Notes: generated from the sequence alone by a model not told the origin. A DNA stretch of 64,000 nucleotides from Octopus vulgaris (GCA_951406725.2 OX597834.1:30752001-30816000), one strand, 5' to 3'. Counted from the stretch's first letter, positions 1-12,688 are shown. Program-made: numbers and translations.

Positions 1-963
1 TAGCATGTCTCTCCCACAGTAATCGAAGCACATGGTCAGTAAGCCATATCTACTTACTCACCATGTCCTGCAAACTCCCCATGCCTGCTCTTCTCGACAC
101 CTCTAAATAGAGTAGCATGAAAATTGCCAAAGTCAATTCTCTTCTCTGGTTTGATGAAATAAGTATCAGCCAAATAAATGAAAATCCCATTTAATTAACT
201 CCTAATTAATTAACCCCTCCGATGCCAACCAGCCTTAGACTACCCTTGGTTTTATGATATAAGCTTCCTCTTCTAAAAGAATCAACATTAAAACATTCCA
301 TCAAAATTCCATGTTAATTTATATTCCAAACACCAACTTCATAATGACAATGTTATTTTATCAAATTCTTCGTAAACATATTTCTGTTGAGATGAAGAAT
401 TTAGTAAAATAATTGTCATTATTAAGCTGGTGTTTAGATCATGAAGGAACATGGAATTTTGAAGGACAGTTTTAATATAGGTTACTTTAAAACAAAGTCA
501 TTATAACTGAACCAGTTTCAAACAGGTTGGTCACAAAAAGATTAAGAAAGATTTTACCCAGTATTTCAAACAATCACTTAGCCATTTTGTGATGATATTT
601 CTGTTGAAATAAACCATCTTTCTTTCAATTAATTTTGAGAATAATGAGGAATCTAGTAAAGTAACTGTCATTATAAAGCTGATATTTAAAACATAAATTA
701 GCATAAAATTTTGATATCAAGTTTTTTGATCACTTTCACTTTACCATATTTCAGCTGAAAGACACTGGCTTTGTTTCAATTAGTTTTGGAAATAATGAAG
801 AATTAAATAAAATATCTTTGTGATTATTAAGTTGGAGTTTGGAATATGGATTATTATGAAATTTCAGAAAGTTTAAACAATAGAACCAGAGGCAGTTTGG
901 TAGGAAAAAGGCTTAGGGGTTAAGAATTAATGGCCAAAGGTTAATAAAAAAAAAGGCACTCAC

Positions 964-1193
964 CGGTCAAGCCAGGTCACAATTGGTTTCAGAGAACTGA
1001 TAATATCACAGACTGCAGAGAGAATCGGTACAGAAATGGTTTGTTTTGAGGAATCACGTCTGTTGGAAGAAACATGGCTCTTGTTCGCTGCTTCTTCAGC
1101 TAATTGTTTGTTTAACACAGCAACCAAACACCGAGCCTTCACACTCAGCTGAAGCGCCAAAGACTGCAGGTTTTCAGATTCAAATCCATACCG
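964..1193 (-). CDS. cnk: CNK/CNKSR-like protein, coding exon 3 (CRIC domain); gene continues beyond window start
   Basis: Acceptor TTTTTGCAG| and donor CG|GTGAGT; 230 nt, phase 0 to 2. Encodes RYGFESENLQSLALQL...VCDIISSLKPIVTWLDR, matching the CRIC motifs YGxExENL and WLDR. Confidence 0.92.
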
Positions 1194-1319
1194 CTGCAAA
1201 AATGGAAAAAAAATGACATTTCTTTTACACCCACTTTTCAATGTTGGCATGGTTGGAAGGGATTTTTTTTGTAGCAGTGTTTTATACATAAATGCCTCTC
1301 CTGATGCCAACTCTTTTAA

Positions 1320-1540
1320 CCCTTTAGCATTTAAACCGGCCATATCCGGCCAAAAGTATTCTGCCTGCTTTATGTTCAAACTGGCCAGATCTGGTCTCTC
1401 ACACCAACCCTACAATATCATTTTAAAAATTAACAGCTACCTCATCAAAATCTCATAGCTACAAGATAATGCATGATTAGTTCAAAACAATATGGATAAA
1501 AAAACATTAGTTTTGGCAGAATAATGCGAACACTAAAGGG
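1320..1540. mobile_element. piggyBac-type MITE
   Basis: TTAA|CCCTTTAG ... CTAAAGGG|TTAA. Confidence 0.85.
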
Positions 1541-1599
1541 TTAAGTGCCTCTTATCGTGTGATAGGGTCTACCTGTTCTAAAAACCAGGGTACAGATTT

Positions 1600-1865
1600 A
1601 TACACAAAGCAAATAACACACACACACAAAATGAATGTGCATCCACACACCCATGAATATAAACATACACAAATATACACACACACACACACACAAAATG
1701 AATGTGTATTCACAAACACGAATATAAATATACACAAATATACACATACATACACAAAACAAATGTGCATCCACACACACATGAATATAAACATACACAA
1801 ATACACACACACACACAAAGTGAATGTGTATTCACATACACATGAATATAAACATACACAAATAT

Positions 1866-1904
<39 letters not shown>

Positions 1905-1905
1905 T
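1600..1905. repeat. CA-rich ~60-bp minisatellite and (CA)n
   Basis: Repeated AATGTG(C/T)AT(C/T)CAC...ATGAATATAAACATACACAAATATACAC. Confidence 0.8.
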
Positions 1906-2269
1906 GGGGGTATAACTAAATATAAGGCATTTACCATTACTAAATTCTGATAACAATAGTTTCGAATTTTGGTACAAGGCCAGCAATTTTAGGGGGGGGA
2001 AGAAGGTTAATTGATAACATCCCTCCACCCCCATACTTGACTGGTATTTCAACAACCCACAAAAGATGAATAATAAAGCCGACCTTGGTGGCATTTGAGC
2101 TCAAGACCAAGAGCCAGAAGAAATGTTAGTAAGATAAGGTGCAGTGTGGTAAAGTTCCTGGTTTAGTCCTGCCAGCTCAGCACAATGATATTAAGTCTTG
2201 CGCAGAAAGTGTACAAGCGCAGATGCAACAAGGTGGCCCAGAATCTGCACTGGCTATTATGTGAGAAGT

Positions 2270-2658
2270 GGATGGAAGCACTCCATCGGTTATGACGACG
2301 AGGGTTCCGATTGATCCGATCAATGGAACAGCCTGCTCGTAAAATTAAAGTGTACGTGGCTGAGCACTCCACAAACACGTGTACCCTTAACGTAGTTCTC
2401 GGGGATATTCAGCATGACACAGAGAGTGACAAGGCCGGCCCCTTGAAATACAGGTACAACAGAAACAGGAAGTAAGAGTGAGAGAAAGTTGTGGTGAAAG
2501 ACTACAGCAGGGATCACCACCATCCCCTGCCGGGGCCTCGTGGAGCTTTTAGGTGTTTTCGCTCAATAAACACTCACAACGCCCGGTCTGGGAATCGAAA
2601 CCGCAATCCTATGACCGCGAGTCCGCTTGCCCTAACCACGGGGCCATTGCGCCTCCAC
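2270..2658 (-). mobile_element. tRNA-derived SINE, family B (GTGGAGGCGCAATGG head)
   Basis: A/B-box-like head; 11-bp TSD ATGTGAGAAGT; close copies at 35041 and 49052. Confidence 0.88.
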
Positions 2659-3359
2659 ATGTGAGAAGTATGGACATGAGGTAACAGGTGTTTGGTACCA
2701 ACATACACCAAAAAAGGTAAAGGTAGTGGGGGCACGTGGCTTAGTGGTTATGCTGTCCACATCATGATCGTAAGGTTGTGGTTTCGAATCCTGGATCGGG
2801 TGATGCGTTGTGTTCTTGAGCAAAACACTTCATTTCACGTTGCTCCAGTAAAGGTGAGGAGCTGGCAGAACCGTTACCAGGCCGGGCGAAATGCGTAGCC
2901 GTATTTCGTCTGCCGTTACGTTCTGAGTTCAAATTCCACCGAGGTCGACTTTGCCTTTCATCCTTTCGGGGGTCGATAAATTAAGTACCAGTTACGCACT
3001 GGGGTCGCTGTAATCGACTCAGTCCGTTTGTCAGTCCCCTCTATGTTTAGCCCCTTGTGGGAAATAAAGAAACAGAAAAGGTAATGGACGAAAACAGGAA
3101 GGAAAAGATCCTCTGGGACTTTGACTTCCAGACAGACAGACAAGGTGTTAGGACACCAAAGGCCGGATATAGTAACCTTTAGGAAGGACAAACAAGAGTC
3201 CCTTATAATCGACGTGGCAGTGCCGGGGGATCAACACATCATGAAAGAAAATGTCAACAAATATGGAGACCTGAGAATTGAGATCTCCAAGGTGAAGCAG
3301 CTGCAAGAGTCAAAGATAAAGGTTGTTCCTATTGTTATTGGCGCATTGGGTTCAATACC

Positions 3360-3900
3360 TATTTCTTTACTACCCACAAGGGGCTAAACACAGAGAGGAC
3401 AAACAAGGACAGACAAACGGATTAAGTCGATTACATTGACCCCAGTGCGTAACTGGTACATCATTTTTTAGGCCCCGAAAGGATGAAAGGCAAAGTCGAC
3501 CTCGGCGGAATTTGAACTCAGAACATAACGGCAGACGAAATACGGCTTACGCATTTCGCCCGGTGTGCTAACGTTTCTGCCAGCTCGCCGCCTTGTGTAG
3601 GTCTATATCATCCACTACGCTTCCAAGGACAGTGAGGATGTGATTTGGTTGCTATTTCTAGCAGGTCAGGGTCAGACGCCAATGTAAACTCGAGCCCACG
3701 TTGATTTGTGTGTTTTGGTGACAGATGTGTTTATCTTTCTGTTACACTGACCCCTTAAATCAGAGTAGGTGGGTAAATGTTTGCGATTCTGCACTTTGAG
3801 ACCCTCCTTTTTTTTGGAATTTGAACTCAGAACATAACGGCAGATGAAATACGGCTACAAATTTCGCCCGGAGTGCTAGCATTTCTGCCAGCTTGCCGCC
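3360..3900 (-). mobile_element. SINE family C carrying a captured segment from the 33-kb locus
   Basis: 13-bp TSD TGGGTTCAATACC at 3347-3359 and 3901-3913; internal 3595-3817 is the reverse complement of 33065-33289. Confidence 0.88.
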
Positions 3901-4128
3901 TGGGTTCAATACCAACCAACTTGAAGAAACATCTGGGACGCTTTAGAAATACCCTACATATTGTGTAAAGTACTGTCAGTCTGAGGTCCTTATTGTGACT
4001 TGACAGACAGTACAAACCCCCCAGTATACACAATATCTTCAATCTACAACATCACAATATTAGATACAGTACAACATCTTCAATAATTATAATAATAATA
4101 ATAATAATAATAATGATAAACAACTTAC

Positions 4129-4292
4129 CAATGTTAACAATAATCCAATAGATTCTAGGATCAGTTCTTGGTGACCAACCTTGGTGACGTTGAGTTTCTC
4201 CAGGTCAAAATTGGACATCATAAACAACTTCTTACCATCAATGCCACTGTTTAAGAAATACTGGACATACGGTAGAACAACATCATCCAGAC
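4129..4292 (-). CDS. cnk: CNK/CNKSR-like protein, coding exon 2 (SAM domain)
   Basis: Acceptor TTTTCAG| and donor |GTAAGT; 164 nt, phase 1 to 0, in frame with exon 1. Encodes GLDDVVLPYVQYFLNSGIDGKKLFMMSNFDLEKLNVTKVGHQELILESIGLLLTL; GLDD...GHQELILE is the CNK SAM signature. Confidence 0.93.
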
Positions 4293-5029
4293 CTGAAAAC
4301 AAATGGTAAAGGAAGGAATTCATTAAAATAATGGTTTCCAATTTCGGAATGAAGCTAGCAATTTTGAAGGGAGGGGCATTAGTCAATAGCACCAATCGAT
4401 CCAAATACGAGTTGGAATCTGAAACATGGAAACTCAATAATGATAATAATAATCCTTTCTACTAAAGGCACAAGTCCTGAAATTTAGGGGCAGGGATTAA
4501 GTCACTTAAATCAACCCCAGTATGCAACTGGTACTTAATTTATCGACTTCGAAACGATGAAAGGTAAAGTCAACCTTGGCAGAATTTGAACTCAGATCGC
4601 AAAGACAGACAAAGTGCCACCAAGTATTTTGCCCACTATATGATAATGATGATTTCAAATTTTGGCACAAGGCCAGCAATTTCAGGGGATTATATCAATC
4701 CCATTGCTCAACTGGTACTTATCTCATCAACCCTGAAAAGGTGAAAGGCAAAGTTGACCTCGGCAGAATTTGAACAAAGAATCAACGTAAAAAGCAACCA
4801 CTAGACCCTCGGAGTGGTTGGCATTAGGAAGGGCATCCAGCTGCAGAAACTCTGCCAGATCAAGATTGGAGCCTGGTGTGGCTGTCTGGTTCGCCAGCCC
4901 TCAGTCAAAATCGTCCAACCCATGCTAGCATGGAAGGCGGACGTTAAACGATGATGATGATGATGAATGATAAATGCCAGAAAAATATAATAAACATTAT
5001 GTCCAGCATCCTAACGATTCTGCCAGCTC

Positions 5030-5067
<38 letters not shown>

Positions 5068-5469
5068 TAATAATAATAGTAGTTCTCTGCTTTTGGCACA
5101 AGACCAGCAGATTTGGAAGGAAGAGTTAGTTGATGAGATCAACTCCAGTTCTTGATTGGTTCTTAAATGTATCAGTGTTGAAAAGATGAACGGTAAAACT
5201 GACCTCAGAACTTGGAATATAAAAAAACCAGAATAAATACCATAAGAAATACTAAATTTCTAAATCTCTCGTAGAGACATGTACGGTGGTGAGGCGATAG
5301 AATGGTTGTATACTGTCAATCTAACACGAGCATGACAGTAGGGGGGTACACCACCGCTGTATAGCCCTAGGAAGCATCGACGCATCCTGATGGCTTTGAC
5401 ACATTTTTCCCTGTGTCCTTATATACATTTACGAAGGGGAGACAAACACCCCCGGCCGCCGGAGCTGCA

Positions 5470-5514
5470 TCTAGGGACACGTGTTTCAGGATCATTGTCC
5501 TTCATCGGCCTAGA
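5470..5514 (-). ncRNA. Type I hammerhead ribozyme motif (minimal, Penelope-type)
   Basis: Reverse strand UCUAGG-CCGAUGA-AGGA-caauga-UCCU-GAAAC-acgu-GUC-CCUAGA. Stems I (6 bp), II (4 bp) and palindromic III are intact; the only core deviation is U4C. Confidence 0.7.
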
Positions 5515-6159
5515 GTAGCAGACCACAAGGCATTTTATCCAATGCTCCACCGATTCTATAAACTACTGCACCCATAATATATTTTTTATGCACAGGAAAA
5601 TATTTTTTGTGTCAGGGGAAGTGAAATGAGAGAGAGAGAGATGGGGGTGAGTGGATAAAGAATAAAAGAGAAAGTAGAAAGAGCAAAAGAAATAGAAAGC
5701 AGGAAAGAAAAAGATAAAAAAAAAGAACAAAAACAAAAACAGAGAGAAACAAAGAAAAAGAGAAAATAAAAGGATTTGGGAAATTTGTAAAGAAAGATCA
5801 AGAAAGAAGGTTAGTTCTATCATTTTGGTTCCTCGCAAACATGGAAAGATGCTGGGGTGAGAGTGGGATGGCTGGTGGGGGAAGGGGTTCGCTGGAAGGA
5901 AGTAGAGACATGTGAAAGGTCAAAGCTGAAAAGGTCATCAAATAAACTGGACTGGGACAACCTTAACAGATTTGAGAAAGATTTTGGTTGCATTAGGAAC
6001 ATAGTTTTGACTCTTGGTCAATGAGTACACGTACACACACACACACAGAAACAAGTACACATACTTACACACAAGCGTGTGTGTGTGTGTATGTATTTAT
6101 GCGTCTGTATGTATTAATGTGTGTGTGTGCTTATGTGTTTGTATGTATGTATATATATA

Positions 6160-6500
6160 CAGGGTGCAGTGAATAAACTGTTGTCTAAATTACACAAAAA
6201 TGAAAATAACACTGACATCTCATTTTAACAGATATATTTACCAAGATTACATAAAAATCTCTTGAAATACCGAAGATTAAATTTATTCAATAAAATCGCC
6301 ATTGGCTTCAACCATGGCCTCCAAACAACTTCAGAATCTCCTGCAACTCTTCTGGACGGTCTCTTTATTTAAGTTAGTGAATACTGCCATAATCCTTGCC
6401 TTCAGTTCATCTTTGAACTCTTCATCAAAGAGTTTTGTTGGTCTCTCACTTGACTGCACCTCACACATAATAATGAAGTGGGGCTACAGTCTGGGGAATT
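6160..6500 (-). mobile_element. 3' end of a Tc1/mariner-superfamily element (maT/rosa-like)
   Basis: Reverse strand NSPDCSPLHYYV*GAV...KDELKARIMAVF...CLEAMVEANGDFIE*; terminal TA|CAGGGTG TIR-like end at 6160. Confidence 0.7.
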
Positions 6501-6650
6501 TCTCAACCTTTTTATCCCTCACATAACCCTTAAAATAAATTACATGTCTCAAGGAACCCCTGCACAAAAAAAATTCTACACCATATCTTTCTCATAACAT
6601 TTTCATTGTAGTTTACATGGTAAATATCATATATATATATATATTTTTTT

Positions 6651-7061
6651 TTTTACTTGTTTCAGTCATTTTGACTGCGGCCATGCTGGAGCACCACCTT
6701 TAATCGAGCAACTCGACCCCAGGACTTATTCTTTGTAAGCCCAGTACTTATTCTATCAGTCTCTTTTGCCGAATCGCTAAGTGACGGGGACATAAACACA
6801 CCAGCATCGGTTGTCAAGCAATGCTAGGGGGACAAACACAGACACACAAACATACATGCACATACATATATATACATACATACACACACACATATATACA
6901 ACGGGCTTCTTTCAGTTTCCGTCTACCAAATCCACTCACAAGGCTTTGGTCGGCCCGAGACTATAGTAGAAGACACTTGCCCAAGGTGCCATGCAGTTGG
7001 CCTGAACCCAGAACCATGTGGTTCGTAAACAAGCTACTTACCACACAGCCACTTCTGCGCC
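6651..7061 (-). mobile_element. tRNA-derived SINE, family A (GGCGCAGGAGTGGCTGTGTGG head, internal TA/TG microsatellite)
   Basis: One of at least 9 copies of ~410 bp in the window. Confidence 0.88.
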
Positions 7062-7396
7062 TATATATATATATATATATAATATATGTATATGCACATA
7101 TAAATGTGCATGTACAGTAATATTATAATCATGAAATTAGCATTAGCTTATCTCACGCTTTCTTGTGGAACCCCTAGGAACCTTCTGGGGAACCCCAATT
7201 GAGAAACGATGTGTTAGAGGGATGCATTGATAAAGAACTGGGGTGACTCATTCACAGTGGGTTTATTGTGCCCTCAAACACCAGCTTGAGTATTTCTACA
7301 CCCTGGAGCATATCAGCCTAGAATACACACACACATGCATGCACAATTATTGGGTGGTCGTTGACTTTCTTGAATTCCTCCACCCTTTGATAGGGT

Positions 7397-7530
7397 TTCC
7401 TGTCCCACAGGTTGTCCAATAAATCCTCCTGTCCGATAAATCCTCCTGTCCCACAGGTTGTCCGATAAATCCTCCTGTCCCACAGGTTGTCCAATAAATC
7501 CTCCTGTCCCACAGCTTGTCCGATAAATCC
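7397..7530. repeat. 29-bp minisatellite
   Basis: CCTGTCCCACAGGTTGTCC(A/G)ATAAATCCT repeated ~4.5 times. Confidence 0.85.
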
Positions 7531-8046
7531 AGTAAACCAGTAACCCCCACCAAGCAGCTTCAGTGAGGTTACAAGTTTAGTCACTGACAACCCAATCATG
7601 TGACAGGTTGTACTGGGTTAATTGTCACCAATGGCACTTGGGAGCAAGTGGACAATAACTGATGAGGAAAGACTGCATCCATGTCTTGTGTGTGAATTTT
7701 CTGTTTGTTTTGTTGCACTTCTGTTCAATTTTTAAAACTTTATATATTTGGCATTCTAGAAGCCTGAAGGAATCGGGCTCCCGTCAGGAGCCTGTAAAAT
7801 TGCACGGAACTGAATCAAATCATTTTAAACAATACATGTAACTCCTAGTGAATGTGTTGAGTGCCCTTTTCTTTCGTCTGTCCACTCACTTGCATATATC
7901 AAATTACACAAGTGGAAGAGCTACCAATAGTTTCATGCTATTACAATACTTGAACAGGCACACTTATAAAATACATCTTGTATCTTAAAGCAATCTTTCA
8001 AGCTCTGTTCATGCACTATAAGTTTTAAAAACAAGGTAGCTGGACA

Positions 8047-8094
<48 letters not shown>

Positions 8095-9640
8095 ATATAC
8101 AGAAATAATTTCTCAAACGCATGATAATGCTAATACAATACCATGAACAGGATAAACTATCCATATATGGCAGAAAAAATTGTTACCAGCCAGCCATGAC
8201 ACTTGAACTCATATCCTTGTGATTACACGTAAGTTAAATATATATATATATATATAACAAAACTGGGAGGAAGGGAAGTGGGACGAAACGACGAATCGAA
8301 TCAACCCTGACGAGAACGCGCTGTCAGACAATAATGTAATAAATAAAATATATGCATGCATACAAACATATATGTACGTACCTACATGTATATATACATG
8401 CATATATAAATATATATACGTGAGTACAGGACACTGCAACTAGACGTAGAACTCAACGAAAAACGAAAACAGACAAGCCATATTTTTACAACAAAAAAAC
8501 AGAGACGAAACAGAAACAGGAAAAACATTATTTTTTACAACAGAAAAACAAGGTACAGGACAAACCACACAGGAAAAATCCCCAGTTCATCAGCTGTCTC
8601 TAGCTAACTCAAGCGTGTTTCGAAGGATAAAACAGGGCACGACTCGTCAACTAGTCCTTCATTGCGAGAGAATTAAAATAAAATTGCCTCGCATAGGGGC
8701 AAAAACAGACAAGAAAAACATGTGACAAAAACAGGACGTAAAAACGATACAAATGCAAAATAAAATACAAGATAAAGATACACATCATCATCATCATTTA
8801 ACGTCCGCCTTCCATGCTAGCATGGGTTGGACGGTTCAACTGGGGTCTGGGGAGCCCGAAGGCTGCACCAGGCCAGTCAGATCTGGCAGTGTTTCTACAG
8901 CTGGATGCCCTTCCTAACGCCAACCACTCCAAGAGTGTAGTGGGTGATTTTATGTGCCAAGAAAATACAAAACGAGAAATAAAAAGAAAATACAAAACGA
9001 GAAATCAAAAGACAAGAAAACAAACGAGAAAAGCAAAATGAAAAGGACTTTTGTTTGGCAAGACGAGGATGTTGTAGTAGCAGCGCAAGGGAACACGTCC
9101 TTTCAGCTTGAAAGCAGGAAGTGACTGATTTGAGAGCAACCATTGGTTACTTGAGGTTAGGCTTAACAAAGTGACAACAGTTCAATGAATGAAACGAATG
9201 AAATAACAATAACAGAATGGAGTTTGTCTCACAACAACAACAACACTGCAACTGCTTTGTCATTGTAAAAATTCCGATTATTCATGCAAGTAATCTCCCC
9301 CCCCTCCCCCCCCCCCGTGACAAAAGGAGGTAATATCTGATGTGGTTGATAATGGCCTTACCCCATAAGTGGCTGGGTAATCTTCAATGGCAATTCTATA
9401 ATCTTGCTGCTTGAGATAAATAGATATATACACATTCACACTCACATATATACACACACACACACACAAACACATTCACTCATATGCACGCACAGGTGCA
9501 CAAAAATGCATACATACACTTGCACACACCCATGCACATATACACATTCACACATTTGTATACAGTTCTATTTTTTTGAAACCATATTTAGAAGCATGTG
9601 AGAAGTTGCCAACAATGCAGATTTAATCATATTCATCAAT

Positions 9641-9665
9641 ATATTATTATTATTATTATTATTAT

Positions 9666-9704
<39 letters not shown>

Positions 9705-9757
9705 TAGTAGTGGTGGTGGTAGTAATAGTAGTAGTAGTAACAGCAGCAGCAGTAGTA
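9641..9757. repeat. (TAT)n(TAG)n(TGG)n trinucleotide microsatellite
   Basis: Direct observation. Confidence 0.9.
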
Positions 9758-10449
9758 TGCAAAGTGACACATCGATATTTCGGGTGCATAGCTCTTAGTC
9801 ATGGTAGAACAAGAACAGCAAGAAATAATAATCATTGTACTGTACCCTTAATCATGCTGGTATGGGTTTGATGGAGTTTATCAGGGCAAATTTCCTATAG
9901 CTTGATGCCTTGGCTGTCACCAACCCTCACCTGTTTCCAAGCAAAGTTTCCCCCCCACACACACACACACACAATCAGACAGGTTTTTGTTGACTACTGG
10001 AAATGAATGAACAGTGTGTGAGATAGTGACACTCATTTTTTACCAGCTGAGTGAACTGGAGTAACGTGAAGTAAAGTGTCTTGCTCAAGGATACAACACA
10101 CCACCAAGAATTGAACTCAAGACCTTACAAATGTGAACCAGTTACTCTACTAAGTTACACGCCTTTGCACACACACACACACACACACATATACATGCGC
10201 ACGCACGTGTGTATGTGTGTGAAATCGAACATTAAAAACAACAAAGCAAAAGGTTCTACATACGGAATGTATTAGCTTGACGCTCGGTAAAGGTGGAAGA
10301 GCGAGTTTTTAAAGTTTTGAGCAATGGCTCTTTGTCAGAAAGAAGAGAAAGAGAAGGTCCAGAGAAGGAAAAGCATGTGTGGTTACATTGGGTCCACTGT
10401 GCTTCTGCTTTGAGGCCCCAGTTTGCATTTCAATCTTTGATAGTTTTAA

Positions 10450-10670
10450 CTCTTTCGTTACCAACCCGGCTGAAACCGGCTCTGGCTCTTTAGTATAAAT
10501 GTCTTGTTTTCATAAGTTTTGAATGCAAAATTTCTACCAAATCTTAGTCACAATTTATGTTCCTAACACTAGCTCAATGATAACGATGTTATTTTACTAA
10601 ATCCTTTCTTATATTTAAAATAATTGGAAGAAACACAGAGCATCTCAAAATAAATACAGTAACGAAAGGG
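10450..10670. mobile_element. piggyBac-type MITE
   Basis: TTAA|CTCTTTCGTTAC ... GTAACGAAAGGG|TTAA. Confidence 0.82.
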
Positions 10671-11099
10671 TTAAGGTACATCTCAAAGATTCCTTGGCAT
10701 GCATCGTCAGTGATGTTTCTGCGGTCTCAGTGGGGTTTCGGACCTTTCAATACCAGACCCCATACTCATCCTGTTAACCCATCTTGCATCCCAAAAGCTG
10801 CAAACCCCTGCTCAGCCTGCTTTATCCAAAGCCACCCTAATGGCCAACTCTGCAGTGTAACTGATGGAACTTTTTACCCCCCCTCCCCTCTCTCTCTCTG
10901 CTGCATCAGAAACTCTGAAAAAACAGTCAGAGCTTTGAAAAATCCTTGAGGGCCAAATGGATGAAATAAATGCTGGAAGGACGGGAGAGTCAATGTAAAG
11001 GACTGTTTAGTAAGAAGGTGGTGGGTGCCCCAGCATGGCCACACATCTAAACACTGAAATGGAGTAGAAAATAAAAGAACAGGCATAAACCCTGGAACA

Positions 11100-11515
11100 G
11101 GCGCAGGAGTGGCTGTGTGGTAAGTAGCTTGCTAACCAACCACATGGTTGCGGGTTCAGTCCCACTGCGTGGCATCTTGGGCAAGTGTCTTCTGCTATAG
11201 CCTCGGGCCGACCAATGCCTTGTGAGTGGATTTGGTAGACGGAAACTGAAAGAAGCCCGTCGTATATATGTATATATATATATATGTATGTGTGTGTATA
11301 TGTTTGTGTGTCTGTGTTTGTCCCTCTAGCATTGCTTGACAACCAATGCTGGTGTGTTTACGTCCCCGTCACTTAGCGGTTCGGCAAAAGAGATCGATAG
11401 AATAAGTACTGGGCTTACAAAGAATAAGTCCCGGGGTCGATTTGCTCGACTAAAGGTGGTGCTCCAGCATGGCCGCAGTCAAATGACTGAAACAAGTAAA
11501 AGAGTAAAAGAGTAA
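11100..11515 (+). mobile_element. SINE family A
   Basis: Full-length copy with AGTAAAAG-type tail. Confidence 0.88.
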
Positions 11516-11689
11516 ACCCATTTATTCCCCCATTTCTCCACAGCCACTTGTTCATGCACCAATGTCTTCATTCAAACCACAATAAACTCTTCTTTGCGGC
11601 TGTTATAAAATGTAATCTTCCTTTCATGCTCCTCTGCTCCCTCCCTCCCTTTCTCTTGCTAGACACACCCAACTGTACTCTCACTTTCC

Positions 11690-12375
11690 CCTTGCTACTC
11701 TCTCTCTCTCTCTCTTCTTGCATTTCACCCTCATAGTACTCTTACTTTCTCCTTTCCTCCCTGCTGTTCTCTTTTACTGTCTCTCCCTTCCTACTCTCCC
11801 TTCACTATCTCTCTCCATCTTTTCCTCCCCTTCTTATTTCTCTCCTCTCTCTCTTCTTGCATTTCACCCTCATAGTACTCTTACTTTCTCCTTCCTCCCT
11901 GCTGTTCTCTTTTACTGTCTCTCCCTTCCTACTCTCCCTTCACTATCTCTCTCCATCTTTTCCTCCCCTTCTTATTTCTCTCCCTCTCTCTTCTTGCATT
12001 TCACCCTCATAGTACTCTTACTTTCTCCCCTTCTTATTTCTCTCCCCCCTCTCTCTCTCTCTTCTTGCATTTACCCCTCATAGTACTCTTACTTTCTCCT
12101 TTTCCTCCCTGCTGTTCTCTTTTACTGTCTCTCCCTTCCTACTCTCCCTTCACCATCTCTCTCCATCTTTTCCTCCCCTTCTTATTTCTCTCCCTCTCTC
12201 TCTCTCTCTTCTTGCATTTCACCCTCATAGTACTCTTACTTTCTCCTTTCCTCCCTGCTGTTCTCTTTTACTGTCTCTCCCTTCCTACTCTCCCTCCCCT
12301 TCTCACCTTTCACTATCTCTCTCCATCTTTTCCTCCCCTTCTTATTTCTCTCTCTCTTTCTCTCTCTCTCTCTCC
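11690..12375. repeat. Pyrimidine-rich minisatellite (~140-bp unit, 4-5 copies)
   Basis: Repeated TCTTCTTGCATTTCACCCTCATAGTACTCTTACTTTCTCC...; almost purely C/T on the plus strand. Confidence 0.85.
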
Positions 12376-12688
12376 TTGCAATTCATTTCCATTGTACTCT
12401 CTCATTTCCTCCCTGCTGGTCTCCTTCCTTCTCTCACTCACTATCTCCCCCCCACACACACACACACCACCACCATTCTGACCCCATTAGACCAGGAACA
12501 TTTCAGAATTTCTGAAAAATTTGCCTAAATAAAGAGATTTCCAGGAAAACAAAGAAATTCCATCACACCAATTGCACAACGATGTACATGTGGGTGCATG
12601 CGCAACATGAGCGAGTGTTTCATGCACACATGTTTATCCTTATCTATACATACATCCTTATACACATTCACACACACATACATGGATA

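Larger units (their letters stand above)
2140..4086 (+). mobile_element. R4/Dong-like non-LTR retrotransposon 3' fragment (restriction-like endonuclease) with nested insertions
   Basis: Joining 2140-2269, 2670-2720, 3085-3359 and 3914 onward gives LAQKVYKRRCNKVAQNLHWLLCEKYG..WYQHTPKKV..KILWDFDFQTD..RPDIV..LIIDVAVPGD..KYGDL..VVPIVIGALGSIP. It ends at a (TAA)n tract. Confidence 0.8.

Noticed and set aside
1194-1379. N-terminal part of ORF 960..1379
   Set aside because: It lies upstream of the exon 3 acceptor and overlaps a piggyBac MITE, so it is intronic read-through.
8580-8670. Another hammerhead-like motif on the minus strand
   Set aside because: The core and stems are too degenerate to support a call.
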